Made by a program: the position numbers and the translations under genes
Shown here: positions 7,753-18,030 of the stretch, in pieces
Layout: every line of letters starts with the position of its first letter
Numbering within the stretch: the stretch's first letter is position 1
Origin: a virus
Lineage: Duplodnaviria; Caudoviricetes
DNA: 64,000 bases
Reading direction: 5' to 3' (one strand)
IMG/VR virus record: IMGVR_UViG_3300037471_001740
Span: 1-64,000 of that record
Notes under the pieces: generated by a model
Seen by the model: the letters and a program-made list of their open reading frames with translations, nothing else
Database searches by the model: none
What the model was told of the DNA's origin: nothing

Positions 7753-8151
7753 CTAGTCCTTCGTAACAGCAGGCGCGATGTACACCTTGCCCGCCAGTAG
7801 CGCCGTAACCTGCCCCGACGCAGAGATCATGTGAAGGTCGTACACGCCGAAAGGTACGACGTTTCTGCCGTCGACCGGACGCACGAGCTGCGTCACATCG
7901 GGCGTTAGCGCACCCGTCGCCGCAGCACTCAGTTCAAAAGCAACTTTGCCGACTTCCGGATCAACTACCAGTTGCCCCGTCAGCGAACTCAGCGTGAGCA
8001 ACGGTGTAGGCGATGAAAACTCCGCGCGTACCTGCATGCGGACCACGTAGCCGAGCAGGTTAATGGGCGTGTCATCATCGTTCTGCAGGGTGATGACAGG
8101 GTTGAAGTCCGCCCCCTGCTCGATAACGAGATCGAGCTGGCCCGCACTCAT
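7753..8151 (-). CDS. Fibre attachment/adaptor Ig-like protein
   Basis: LDLVIEQGADF...VYDL...G.VY pattern of BppU-like adaptors; upstream of fibre. Confidence 0.65.
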   Translation of the reverse strand: MSAGQLDLVIEQGADFNPVITLQNDDDTPINLLGYVVRMQVRAEFSSPTPLLTLSSLTGQLVVDPEVGKVAFELSAAATGALTPDVTQLVRPVDGRNVVPFGVYDLHMISASGQVTALLAGKVYIAPAVTKD

Positions 8152-8453
8152 TGCACACCGCCTGCGAACACATAGCGATTGACCGGGGTATCGACGGGTG
8201 CCGGCGACGGCGCTTCGATCACGAGGTGCTGCTCGGCCCACCCGAAAGCATCCGCAGCATCGGGCAAACCCATCACCCGGATCTGCTGCGAAAACATGGC
8301 CATCTTTCCAGCGGTCTTCGCTTCCGCGCTCACATACGACGCAACCGTGACGACGGCAAATTGCCCCTGCCTGTCGAGACTTACGTGCGACGCCTCGTGA
8401 TAGCTTGCGGTTGCCCCCGTGCTGGGCACTTCATAGGTCTTCGTGAAAGGCAT
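8148..8453 (-). CDS. Hypothetical tail-region protein
   Basis: Translationally coupled (ATGA) within the tail operon. Confidence 0.65.
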   Translation of the reverse strand: MPFTKTYEVPSTGATASYHEASHVSLDRQGQFAVVTVASYVSAEAKTAGKMAMFSQQIRVMGLPDAADAFGWAEQHLVIEAPSPAPVDTPVNRYVFAGGVQ

Positions 8454-8478
8454 ATTGTTTTCCTCTGGTTTGACCTGT

Positions 8479-9183
8479 CTACATTCCATTGACATCGATG
8501 ACCATGTAGTCATAGCCCCAATGGTTGATGCTTTCAGGCAATGGCTGACGGTTGAAGTTGATAACGGACACGCCCTGCAGTTGCCACGACACGCCATTGC
8601 CGGGGAACGTCGCGGCGACGGCTGACATCGTCTGCACGTAATCAACGATCGGCGGTGCACCGCCGATCTGCGTGTTCTGGATGATGCAGCGCAATTGCCC
8701 CTGCATAAGTGCGGGGCTAGCGCCGGGATAGCTGCGCTGAATGCCGCTGTCGATCGGGTCGTTCAACGATCCGGGAGAAGAGAGCATGTCCAGCACCCGC
8801 ATGTACTTCGCGCGTGAGTCAAAGACAGGCGAGCCGGAAGCATTGTTGATTCTCAGCCCCCAGTTGCCAGATACGGGCGACAGAAGCGGATCGTCGAATA
8901 TCCAGTACCAGACGGTGACGCCGGCCCCCTGACAATGGAACGTATAAGTGACGCTGCCACCCGACCTCTGCGTGCGCCGCAGGTAGCACGGCCCCGACGA
9001 TCGAAACGCGACAATCGGCGTAGAGCCCGCCGTGGTAGTTAGTGTTGCGTAGTACCAGCCGGTGCCCATCTGCGCCCCACCTGATACAACAGAACCACGC
9101 TCCCTCACGGCCAGATTCTTGAACGTCCCGTCGATCTGCAGCTGGCTCGACGTGTTGCGAATCACAATTCCGTAGTCGGCCAT
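8479..9183 (-). CDS. Tail-tip accessory protein
   Basis: Duplicated YG/WG-L.I.N..G motif; follows J, as in T1/HK97-type tails. Confidence 0.7.
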   Translation of the reverse strand: MADYGIVIRNTSSQLQIDGTFKNLAVRERGSVVSGGAQMGTGWYYATLTTTAGSTPIVAFRSSGPCYLRRTQRSGGSVTYTFHCQGAGVTVWYWIFDDPLLSPVSGNWGLRINNASGSPVFDSRAKYMRVLDMLSSPGSLNDPIDSGIQRSYPGASPALMQGQLRCIIQNTQIGGAPPIVDYVQTMSAVAATFPGNGVSWQLQGVSVINFNRQPLPESINHWGYDYMVIDVNGM

Positions 9184-9473
9184 CAGAACACTCCATAGAC
9201 AACGTTGACGGACCGATATGGCAGCGTGGTCGCCGGGAAGGTCCACACAATTGACGACCCACTGATCTGGACTTCGGGAGCCGCGCTCGTGCTATTGAGC
9301 GCATCATCGTCGCGCACGTGAAAAAAAGGAGTGCCAGTGCTGAAGGCGGACACCTGCAGAGATCCGTTACCCGTGCCCGTGTCGGACATCCCCAACACGC
9401 GCGTGATCCGGTCGGTGATACGCAGCACCGGGTTGCCAACCTCGTCGTTGATCTGGAGACCGTATGTCGACAT
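9183..9473 (-). CDS. Small tail-tip accessory protein
   Basis: YGLQINDEVG motif; coupled to the J stop codon. Confidence 0.7.
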   Translation of the reverse strand: MSTYGLQINDEVGNPVLRITDRITRVLGMSDTGTGNGSLQVSAFSTGTPFFHVRDDDALNSTSAAPEVQISGSSIVWTFPATTLPYRSVNVVYGVF

Positions 9474-12469
9474 CAGCTAAGTCTCCCGAACTGGATGCGC
9501 AGCACACCGTTCTGGTCCCACATCGTGTCACCCTCGTTGCCACGAACGACTCGCCCGCCACCGCCGTTTCCGTTCGTCTCCCACGTCCCGGCTTTGTCGA
9601 TCCTCCAGCCCTGCGTCTGAGAGACGTAGTTGTCGCTCTGCAGCACCTGTTGAATCTGTGCACTCCCGATATACGCCTGTCCGATGAATGCCTGGTTGAG
9701 AAACACCTGGCCGTTCTGGATGATGAACGGCGACTGGATCGAGCTGCCCGCCTGATTGATGATGGCGAACCGGTCCGCCATCACCAGCACTTGCGATTCG
9801 AGCACCCCATCATCGTTTTCGACACCTACGCCGATCCCGGCCATCACCGTGTGACCGTTCGCCGTGAGCTGGGTCTTGATGGTGTACATCGCCGCGAGCG
9901 CCGTGGTGAGCTGCTCGACAGCCACAGCGGCATCGCCACCCGAATTGATCTGCTGGATCAGAGACTGAGCGAGCTGCGTCAGCGTGATCTGACCGGAAAG
10001 GTATTGCAGGATCGGCGTGGCGTCCTGAGACGACTGACCCAGCACGCCATGGTTGGGATCGTCCGGATACCACGGTCCCACGTTCCCTGATGTATCGACG
10101 AGGCGTGCCCAGAAGTACATCGAGACGCCTGCTGCCAGTCCCTGCAGATCGTAGTCCGACTGCGGGTACGCTAGATCCGTGAGCTTCGTCGCCGCCGTCC
10201 GGTCGTTCGACATCGAGCGCCACAGCTCCGTACGTTGTGTGTCGCCCGCACCAACGGGGAAACCCCATTTCAGGTGGATGCCAAAGATTTCTGAATCAGC
10301 CAGCAGCGACGTCACCGCCGGCGGTGGCGATGTTTTGCCGTTTAGCGTCGTCTCTTCCGAGTAAGCCGGTGTCGATGTCACATCGAGGCCATTGACGGCA
10401 CGAACACGCGCCAGATACACGCCCTGATAGATGCTTGGCACGTCGACGCTCAGGCTACCCGTACGCGGCACCGTCACCCACTCGCCACCGTCTTTGCGCC
10501 ACTCAGGCAAATACGCCACGCCGTTCTTCGCGGCGTCCCACGCAATCGTCATGACGTTACGCGCAATGCCCTGATCGATCACGCTGTAGCTCGACAACCG
10601 GACGTTCGACGGCATCGGTTGCACGGACGGCGGAATAACGGTGATTGGCCGGGAATCGATCCGCGTGCCACTATCGATCGCATCGAATTTCTGCGGCTCG
10701 TGCTGCGTCGCCGAGATCTCCATGCTGATACCGTCCTGCTCGGCGACCGATACGACCCGAAACAACTGAGGCTGCAGATCTGCACTCGCGACCATCCACT
10801 GCGACTGCGACTCCGGCACTACCGAAAACGCATCCTGCACCGTCACGGTCGGACCGTCGACGGAACGCACGACGCGCTGCTCGACCACTCCGGTCGGCAG
10901 CACAACGCTCAGGGTGTCGCCCGCAGCGACGGTCGTGGCGCGATCGAAAGTGACTTTGTTGCCGCTTGCACTGCGAATGCGCCCTGCGAGGCGTCTGCCG
11001 GCGCGATTGGGATCGGCCACACCGATAACCTGCCCCGGCATCGCCAGCACGCCATCGAGCCCGACCTGAAAGGTCACCGTTTCCGTTTCATACCGCGATG
11101 TCAGCAGCGCCCAACGTCCCGCTCGCTGCGCCTGCCCCTGCGACGTGCAGCCGAATGCCGTGATCTCGGTCTGCAGGATGCCGTAGCGCTCGATACCTTC
11201 CCGATCTTCCACATACTCGACGGCCTGCTTGTACTGGTTCGCGGGATCGTTCCACGACACAAGCGCCACGGTATAGCGCGTCGACATCGGGCTGCCGACA
11301 TACTTGAACGCGCCGTCGATGACGTTCGAAGCGGAATAGATATAGGCTGGATCGCGCGGCATATCAGCGACTGCGGCGACATTGCCTCCGGCCCAGTAGA
11401 TGATGCCGCGAAAGATGCTCGCGATGTCCTGCAGCAGCTTGTATGCGTCAACGCGCTCAGTGACGTACGCATTACAGGTGAATCGTGGCTCACGCCCTCC
11501 CATGCCATCGTCGACCAGTTCGTCGCTGTATTGCGCGATTGTGTACAGCTGGTAGCGGTCGACCTGCGATGCGTCGATGTAATCACCGAGGCCGTAGCGG
11601 TCATTGAGAAGGATGTCGTACAGCACCCAGGCGGGATTGTCCGACCATGCGACCTTGAACGTACCGTCCCACACGCCAGTGTACGTTCGGGTAGCCGGAT
11701 CGTAGTTCGTCGGCACCTTGATGCGCCGGCCCTTCCACTTCGATGACCGCGTCGGAATCGACGAGAACTGCTTTGCACTGAACTGATGCCCCAGCAGCGC
11801 ACGCATCGGATACCGCAGCTTTGCGTCGATGACCTGCGTGACGGATTCAACGTAGGTTTTGTCTGCAATGTAGCTCGATGCGCTATTACCTGTGATGCGG
11901 CGAACACGTATGACCCAGCCGAACTGAGCGCGCGGCAGATCGATACGGTGCGTGCGCTCGTACTTCGACGTGGTTTTGCCATCGAACGCTGTGCTGACCA
12001 TCGGCTGGAAGGTGCCGGAATCCGTCGACAGTTCGACAACGTATTCGACCCGATAGCCGGTGACATCGCCCGTTCCCTGATTGGTCTGCTCCAGCGCGTC
12101 GACCGAGAGCGTCACACGCAATGCTGATAGCTGCAGGTTTTCAAAAGCCTGCGTCCACGGCGCATCCGATCGAAGCTCGACACCGATCGCTGTACTGTTT
12201 TCAGTGCTCGGGAAGCCCGCGATATAGTCCTGATCCTGCGTGCCCGTCCGCACGTCGATCGTGCATTCGAAGTTGAACGTGCCATCTTCATTCTGGACCG
12301 GCGTGCCGTCGTAATAGACCGTTCGCAAGCCATCCGACAGCCCCTCAAGCTCCCCCTCGGAGATCAGATCGAGGACCTTCGCCGTTGCGTCGTTGTGCAG
12401 CGTATCGGGCGACTCGACCGGCGACGTCTGCGGTGCACCTGAGTCTTTCGCGCCTTGCAATTGCCTCAT
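9473..12469 (-). CDS. J: Tail tip/host-specificity protein J
   Basis: LDLISEGELEGL, RLGTQDQ-like and WSDNPAWVLYD motifs; FNIII and C-terminal DUF1983-like region. Confidence 0.95.
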   Translation of the reverse strand: MRQLQGAKDSGAPQTSPVESPDTLHNDATAKVLDLISEGELEGLSDGLRTVYYDGTPVQNEDGTFNFECTIDVRTGTQDQDYIAGFPSTENSTAIGVELRSDAPWTQAFENLQLSALRVTLSVDALEQTNQGTGDVTGYRVEYVVELSTDSGTFQPMVSTAFDGKTTSKYERTHRIDLPRAQFGWVIRVRRITGNSASSYIADKTYVESVTQVIDAKLRYPMRALLGHQFSAKQFSSIPTRSSKWKGRRIKVPTNYDPATRTYTGVWDGTFKVAWSDNPAWVLYDILLNDRYGLGDYIDASQVDRYQLYTIAQYSDELVDDGMGGREPRFTCNAYVTERVDAYKLLQDIASIFRGIIYWAGGNVAAVADMPRDPAYIYSASNVIDGAFKYVGSPMSTRYTVALVSWNDPANQYKQAVEYVEDREGIERYGILQTEITAFGCTSQGQAQRAGRWALLTSRYETETVTFQVGLDGVLAMPGQVIGVADPNRAGRRLAGRIRSASGNKVTFDRATTVAAGDTLSVVLPTGVVEQRVVRSVDGPTVTVQDAFSVVPESQSQWMVASADLQPQLFRVVSVAEQDGISMEISATQHEPQKFDAIDSGTRIDSRPITVIPPSVQPMPSNVRLSSYSVIDQGIARNVMTIAWDAAKNGVAYLPEWRKDGGEWVTVPRTGSLSVDVPSIYQGVYLARVRAVNGLDVTSTPAYSEETTLNGKTSPPPAVTSLLADSEIFGIHLKWGFPVGAGDTQRTELWRSMSNDRTAATKLTDLAYPQSDYDLQGLAAGVSMYFWARLVDTSGNVGPWYPDDPNHGVLGQSSQDATPILQYLSGQITLTQLAQSLIQQINSGGDAAVAVEQLTTALAAMYTIKTQLTANGHTVMAGIGVGVENDDGVLESQVLVMADRFAIINQAGSSIQSPFIIQNGQVFLNQAFIGQAYIGSAQIQQVLQSDNYVSQTQGWRIDKAGTWETNGNGGGGRVVRGNEGDTMWDQNGVLRIQFGRLS

Positions 12470-13068
12470 TGCTGGTCCTCCGTATAGATCGATCCGGACG
12501 CCACCGCCGAGCCGACCAGCATTTCGCCGAACAGCAGCGGCACAGGGTTGCCCTGTACCTGCGTATTGACCGGCCCATTGAAGTTGTACGAAGCACCGTT
12601 GTCCGCGCTGTTCGTCGACGCAAGGCCGCGCTGCTGTGGTGAGAGCAACTGCATCACACCGCCCAGCACCATCGACGCGCCAATGCCGTACCCGATCGTC
12701 GCCGTCTGCGGCGTGATTAGCGCAGACGTGCCATCGGACGCCCAGTAGGTCAGCGCGATGATTGCCGCACCCAGCACCGTCTGAAATACACCGCTGTTTT
12801 TCGCGCCTTGCAGGATCGGCGCGATCCGGATCTCTTCGTCATCGAGCGGATGGGTGTATTCGTTCGCACGCAGATTGCGCTTATCGGCGAAGACGGCATA
12901 AGCAATGCCGCGTTCCTGACTGCGCATGATCTCGCGCTCGAAGCCGGGGATCATCGTCATCAGCGTGCGCAGTGCGGCTGCTGGGCTATCGACGACGAAG
13001 CGGTGCACGCGCCCAAACTGCGCACCGAGGCGACCGTAGATCCGGATCGTTCTGACCTTATCGTTCAT
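12466..13068 (-). CDS. I: Tail assembly protein I
   Basis: LGAQFGRVH, ubiquitin-like N-terminus, SYNFNGPVNT..QGNPVPLLFGE. Confidence 0.92.
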   Translation of the reverse strand: MNDKVRTIRIYGRLGAQFGRVHRFVVDSPAAALRTLMTMIPGFEREIMRSQERGIAYAVFADKRNLRANEYTHPLDDEEIRIAPILQGAKNSGVFQTVLGAAIIALTYWASDGTSALITPQTATIGYGIGASMVLGGVMQLLSPQQRGLASTNSADNGASYNFNGPVNTQVQGNPVPLLFGEMLVGSAVASGSIYTEDQQ

Positions 13069-13074
13069 AGGCGT

Positions 13075-13098
13075 AAAAAAGCCCGCGTATAGCGGGCT
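13075..13098 (-). terminator. Intrinsic terminator between K and I
   Basis: AGCCCGC-tatac-GCGGGCT followed by TTTTT. Confidence 0.65.
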
Positions 13099-13119
13099 CC
13101 ATAACAGCGGGTTGAAAAG

Positions 13120-13839
13120 TTACTTTGGCGCGTATCGCAGGACCATCCGCGTGCACTCCATCCAGTAACCGCCATAGACGTCACGCGTCGACAGTCGACC
13201 GTACATGTGATGCAGGATATGACCGCCGCCCAAGTAGACCGCAGCGTGATTGGGCACACCGTTGCCGCTGCGCACCTCCATCAGAATGACGTCGCCGACT
13301 TCGAGCGGACTGCCCAACGGAACGACTACGCCGCCGCGCTCCGCAAAGCCGTCGCGATACAGGTCACTTTTCCCGTCGTTCCACCACTTGTCGGGCCGGT
13401 CCGCATCCTTGAGGATGATCCCGCGTTCCTGACGGTACCAGTCACGCACCAGCGTCCAGCAATCCAGAATGCCGTGCGTGAACGTACGCCCCACTAGCGG
13501 TGCGACGTACCCACTTGGCTCGATCGTGTGAATATCGCCCGATGGCCACGAGATAATGTGCGAGGGCAATTGCGACTCTTCGCACATCGTCAGATCGGCC
13601 TGACTGGGCAGTGGCAACGCATCCGGATGACTATGCACAAGCGCGATCACCTGCCCTTGCGACTCAGCCGCAAAGAATTCCGCCTCAGGGATCCTGAAAT
13701 GCCGCATTGGATCCTCCGCCGCGTTGCTGCAGGGCACGTATCGCTCGCGCCCGCGCGCAACAATCACGAGCCCGCAGCACTCCTCCGGATACACGCGAGC
13801 CGCATGCTCGCGTATCGCATAGATAGTCGTGATTTCCAT
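13120..13839 (-). CDS. K: Tail assembly protein K (JAB/MPN plus NlpC/P60)
   Basis: YPEECCG, HSHPD..PS..D, DCWTL and NHAAVYLG motifs. Confidence 0.95.
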   Translation of the reverse strand: MEITTIYAIREHAARVYPEECCGLVIVARGRERYVPCSNAAEDPMRHFRIPEAEFFAAESQGQVIALVHSHPDALPLPSQADLTMCEESQLPSHIISWPSGDIHTIEPSGYVAPLVGRTFTHGILDCWTLVRDWYRQERGIILKDADRPDKWWNDGKSDLYRDGFAERGGVVVPLGSPLEVGDVILMEVRSGNGVPNHAAVYLGGGHILHHMYGRLSTRDVYGGYWMECTRMVLRYAPK

Positions 13840-13841
13840 AG

Positions 13842-14537
13842 TCAGACTGAGGTCAATGAGGCAGCGGGGAAGCCGCCGAAATTGATCACTTCATATTCCC
13901 CAAACCGCTTTTTGCACGAACTCAGGCGTCGCCCACATACGTCTAACGCCGGATCGTCGACGGGATTGTCGTCCGCATCGAAGCAGGCCGCACCCGTGTA
14001 GTTACAGTACGCCCCGCGATACTTGAACTGGGCTGGACACACGTTCGCTACGATCTGCTCACCCGGCAACTGCTTGCCGTTGAGATCCAGCGCCGAGGAA
14101 AGTGAGAACTCAACGACGGTGCTGTCTTCGCTCGTTTTTTGCTGGATATACCAGACGTCGGGCGGCGCCTCTACAGAGGCGTCCGCCGTGGGATTTCCCC
14201 CTGGAAAATTGACCGCATCGAGGTAGCGCCGAAACGTCCGACGCCGGGTCAACTTCGCACCAACCATGTCGCGCAATGCGATGCACATGGCTGATACCAC
14301 ACCCGTCACGTTGCCGACCGAAAACGACGGATTCGGCTGCTGCCCGTTACCTGTACGTTCGAAGCCCGAGGCGGTAATGGGCCAGCGCGTGTAGGTGTTG
14401 CCCTGCCACACAATCGTCGGATTGCTCATGTAGCCGTGGAACAGCAGGAGATCGCCACCCAGTGCCGTCGCATCCAGCTCGTAAAGCTGAACGAACTCGC
14501 CGGGGTGAAGCTTCTGCACATCTGATTCGATCGACAT
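13842..14537 (-). CDS. L: Minor tail protein L
   Basis: C-terminal Fe-S cysteines (C..Y, C.R..SSCKKRFG, FGGFP). Confidence 0.95.
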   Translation of the reverse strand: MSIESDVQKLHPGEFVQLYELDATALGGDLLLFHGYMSNPTIVWQGNTYTRWPITASGFERTGNGQQPNPSFSVGNVTGVVSAMCIALRDMVGAKLTRRRTFRRYLDAVNFPGGNPTADASVEAPPDVWYIQQKTSEDSTVVEFSLSSALDLNGKQLPGEQIVANVCPAQFKYRGAYCNYTGAACFDADDNPVDDPALDVCGRRLSSCKKRFGEYEVINFGGFPAASLTSV

Positions 14538-14548
14538 TCAACCCCCTC

Positions 14549-14890
14549 CTAAGGCAGATATGCCTGCACAAAGGTCGCCGTCAGCTGGACTTGTGGCCCA
14601 CCCTTTGGCGTGACGTTATAACCGGCGCACGTGAAGAGACCCGGCTGGCCGAACGGCGGCGTCCACTGGAACACCTGTGCGCCGCCATGCCAGTCGAGAA
14701 ACCGCTTGATCGGTTCAACCTCGTCGATCGGGCCGATATACGTATACGGCCACGACTCCGAACGCGGATTAATACCGTTCCCTACCCGTTGCTCGTAGCC
14801 GTCTCCAAACTTCGCGGAAAGCACGGAGAACGCAACGGCCCCTTGGTCCCCGATCCGCGCACCCCAGGTGAATTCTTCAATTGCGGCCAT
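14549..14890 (-). CDS. M: Minor tail protein M (distal tail)
   Basis: KFGDGYEQR, FLDWHGG..F.WTPP. Confidence 0.93.
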   Translation of the reverse strand: MAAIEEFTWGARIGDQGAVAFSVLSAKFGDGYEQRVGNGINPRSESWPYTYIGPIDEVEPIKRFLDWHGGAQVFQWTPPFGQPGLFTCAGYNVTPKGGPQVQLTATFVQAYLP

Positions 14891-17684
14891 TCATGTACCC
14901 CCAGATCAGCCCGCCGGGTTGCGTCTCTTTCGCAATCGCCTGTCGAACTACGCCGTTAAGCTGATTGCCGAGCTGCGCAGCTGCACCAGCCTTGCTGCCA
15001 TCGGACGCCTGCGCCGCGCTCGACGCCGCATTCACCGTGGTATCGAAATTCATCTGCAGCCCACCGCCCATAGCCGCACCTGCAGGCGCACTCCCCACCA
15101 GCCCACCGCTCGCAAACCGGTTTCGCCCGTTCGCTGTCCGGCCGCCGTTGATTGCCTCAAGGAAAGGCAACACGCCGGGTTGCGACACGGCCTTGGCATT
15201 CACGACGAACTCACCGTCTGACAGATGAGCGATGATGCTGTCGCTTGTGCTGGTGCCGGGTCCGGACACACGCCCCCCATCGGCGAATCCCATCCCGGCG
15301 CTGGCTCCAAACAACGCGCCGCTACCCTGAATGGACGAATCGAGCGTGAAGCCGTACGCCGCCCCGCCCGTGCCGCCGGCGGACGCGAGCGAACCACCAA
15401 ACAGCGAACTCATGATGCCGGCATACGCCTTGTTCGCGAACAGCTGCATAAGCGAACTGGCCATGCTGGCCACCATCGACTTGACCGCCTGTAGCGGCGT
15501 TTTCGTCCCGCTCGCAATGTCCTGAAAGAATCCGGTGAATGCGCTTCGCCCCGCATCGGTGAAGTCTTTCAGATAGTCACTGCTATCGATCAGTGACTGG
15601 CGGATCTTCCCGCGCAACTGATCGAGGTTCGCAAGCACGCCCTCGTCCGTCGTTTGCCACGACAGCTTGTTGACCTGATCGAACAGTGCTTCGAGCGACG
15701 AGACCGTGTCGTCCGAATTCGCGCGCAACTGCGAGAAGCCGTCAACGAGCCCCGTCAGCCCCTGTTGCTGGTCAAGCGAGATCTGCGTCTGCGCCGACTT
15801 GGACCGCGACATGATGTCGTTGTATTGCGCGCTCAGCTTGGTCAGCTGCCGGTCCTGATCGAGAAACGACGCAGTGCCGACGTCACCCGTCGTCGCAGCT
15901 TGCAGCATCGACGCGCGATTCTTCTCATCGAAGTCGTGCAGTGCCTTTGGCGTCGTGATGCCGGCCTGAGATAGCAATGCATCGCGCGTGTCGGCAATCG
16001 CTTTCTCGTACTTGCGCTGCGCATCCGTCTGCTGCGTCAAATACAGCATGTCCTTCGCTGAATTGTCCTGACGAACCTTCGCGATCTTCGTTTCGATCTC
16101 ACCGATTTCCTGCGTGATCTTGATGCGCTCATCACTCGGCGCACGCCAGTAGGCCGACTGGAGGGTCTTCTTTTCCAGCTCGTACGCAGCGATTTGTTTC
16201 TGTGCAGCATCGTTCGCAAGCGTGATTTCAGCCGTGTAAAACGCCTGATCGGAAATCAAAGTGGCTTTGTGCAGCGCCTGCAGCTGGTCGTCCGAGTTTT
16301 TGTATTGCGACTGGATCAGTTCGAGGCTGTTTTTCACCTGCTGCAAGGCCGCATCCAGCAGGCTCTTGCGGATCTTGTTCGCCTCGGAGAGACCATCCTT
16401 GTCGGCAAACTGTTTGCGAATCTGCGCCTCGTCCGTCGACTGCTGCTGCGCCGAGATAGGATTGTCCGGATTGGCCTTGTTGAAATCGGCCACCTTCCGG
16501 CGGTACTCATCAAGCGCCTTGCTGACGCGGGAGACGCCCTTCTCCTGATCGTGCAGCTTCTTCAGGAAGTCCGACGCCTCGATGCCGGCCCGCTGAGTCT
16601 GCGCGTTACTGGCCGCCGTCGTCGCGCGATCCTGTTCCCGCAAGGCATCGCGGTTAAGCGATTCGAGCCGTTCCTGTGCCGCTGCCAGCTGCGGCTCCAG
16701 CAGATCGCGGTTCATCGCCCCTGTCGGAGCCTGCAGCGCGTGCTGCAGACGCTGCACCTCCGTATTCGCTGCCGCGATCTGTTCAGCCATCGTCTCGTCG
16801 CGACCAAACGATTTCATCCACTCCCACGTACCGCTGATCGCCTTGCCGACCGCTCGCCAGGCAGACTCCAGATACCCGAGATTCTGCAGTGATTCGTTGC
16901 GCAGATGATCGTCGAGTGCCTGCGCAACCACGAGCATCGCGCTCTGCCGGTCTCCCGTCTCCTCGAGGCGCTGGATGTATTCGTATTGCGCCGTCGTGAT
17001 GAAGTGCATGCTGCGGTTGTGCTCTTCAGCCCACTTGGCTACACCTTCCGGCATGCGCGCGTAGTCTTTCGAGATGTCTTCGAGCTTTTCGCCCGTCAGA
17101 TCGTGCATGCGCACCACCGCTTGCCCGAGCAGGTCCAATGCCTGCCCGGTAATCTGGCCGCTCGATACGAGACTCTGCAGGCCCTCTCGCGCAGGCCCGA
17201 GCCCGCTGCCGGTCGCCTGGGAGATCGATTGCGTGAGCGCTGCGAAGCTACTCGACGTCAGGCCAGCATAGTTTCCCGTCACCTGCAGCGACTTGTTAAA
17301 CGCTTCCGCCTCTTCGTGGCCTTTGTATGCGGCGACGGCGAAGGCGGCGACCACCCCACCAAGTACCGCAATGGACGCACCAGCTGGCGTCGCGACCGCA
17401 CCCATCAGATCGATCGATTCCGCATACACCATCGCAGAGCCGGCGAGATTCTTGAGGTTGCCCATTGCAGCCTCATGGGCCATCACGATCAGTTCGCGAC
17501 GCGATGCAGCCGTGTGCGAACCCAGCTTGTCCATCCCGTCGGCCGCCTGCTTCGACGCCTTGTCTACAGACGAACCGAGCTGAGCGGCGTCGCTCGTGGC
17601 GCTGCGAATGTTCGCCTTGTATGACGATGGGTCCATCGTCAGTTGCACGACCAGCTGACCCAGTGAGCCGCTTGTACTTGCCAT
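14877..17684 (-). CDS. H: Tape measure protein
   Basis: About 935 aa helical protein starting MASTSGSLGQLVVQL; GNYAGLT and GPGTSTSDSI..LSDGEFV motifs. Confidence 0.95.
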   Translation of the reverse strand: MASTSGSLGQLVVQLTMDPSSYKANIRSATSDAAQLGSSVDKASKQAADGMDKLGSHTAASRRELIVMAHEAAMGNLKNLAGSAMVYAESIDLMGAVATPAGASIAVLGGVVAAFAVAAYKGHEEAEAFNKSLQVTGNYAGLTSSSFAALTQSISQATGSGLGPAREGLQSLVSSGQITGQALDLLGQAVVRMHDLTGEKLEDISKDYARMPEGVAKWAEEHNRSMHFITTAQYEYIQRLEETGDRQSAMLVVAQALDDHLRNESLQNLGYLESAWRAVGKAISGTWEWMKSFGRDETMAEQIAAANTEVQRLQHALQAPTGAMNRDLLEPQLAAAQERLESLNRDALREQDRATTAASNAQTQRAGIEASDFLKKLHDQEKGVSRVSKALDEYRRKVADFNKANPDNPISAQQQSTDEAQIRKQFADKDGLSEANKIRKSLLDAALQQVKNSLELIQSQYKNSDDQLQALHKATLISDQAFYTAEITLANDAAQKQIAAYELEKKTLQSAYWRAPSDERIKITQEIGEIETKIAKVRQDNSAKDMLYLTQQTDAQRKYEKAIADTRDALLSQAGITTPKALHDFDEKNRASMLQAATTGDVGTASFLDQDRQLTKLSAQYNDIMSRSKSAQTQISLDQQQGLTGLVDGFSQLRANSDDTVSSLEALFDQVNKLSWQTTDEGVLANLDQLRGKIRQSLIDSSDYLKDFTDAGRSAFTGFFQDIASGTKTPLQAVKSMVASMASSLMQLFANKAYAGIMSSLFGGSLASAGGTGGAAYGFTLDSSIQGSGALFGASAGMGFADGGRVSGPGTSTSDSIIAHLSDGEFVVNAKAVSQPGVLPFLEAINGGRTANGRNRFASGGLVGSAPAGAAMGGGLQMNFDTTVNAASSAAQASDGSKAGAAAQLGNQLNGVVRQAIAKETQPGGLIWGYMNGRN

Positions 17685-17759
17685 TAGTTCGTACCTCAAG
17701 GGTGTATGCTGAATGGGGCGACGCCGCGCCCTGGTGCCAGCTGAACCCGCAGGGAGGCC

Positions 17760-18026
17760 GTGATGAACTCGTTGGAGCGGGAACAGCAAGAACTTGTCGA
17801 CGCAGATGAGCGGATCTCCGCCGCCGAGAAGCGGATTGCGACACAGGAAGCTCGCGTGCGCGACTCCAGCCGCCTCGGACGTGACACGCGTTCAAGCGAA
17901 GAACTGCTGTTGACCATGCGCCGGCTTCTCGAAACCATGCACATTTGTCGACAGCAGATCGTCGAAGAAATTGAAAGACAAACTCATCTGCGGTCGCAGC
18001 GCCGCAAGGCGTTTGAACCCGAATAG
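17760..18026 (+). CDS. Small helical protein, antisense moron in the tail operon
   Basis: GGGAGG RBS; fills the gap between chaperone T and TMP; coiled-coil-like 88 aa. Confidence 0.7.
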   Translation: MMNSLEREQQELVDADERISAAEKRIATQEARVRDSSRLGRDTRSSEELLLTMRRLLETMHICRQQIVEEIERQTHLRSQRRKAFEPE

Positions 18027-18030
18027 CGAA

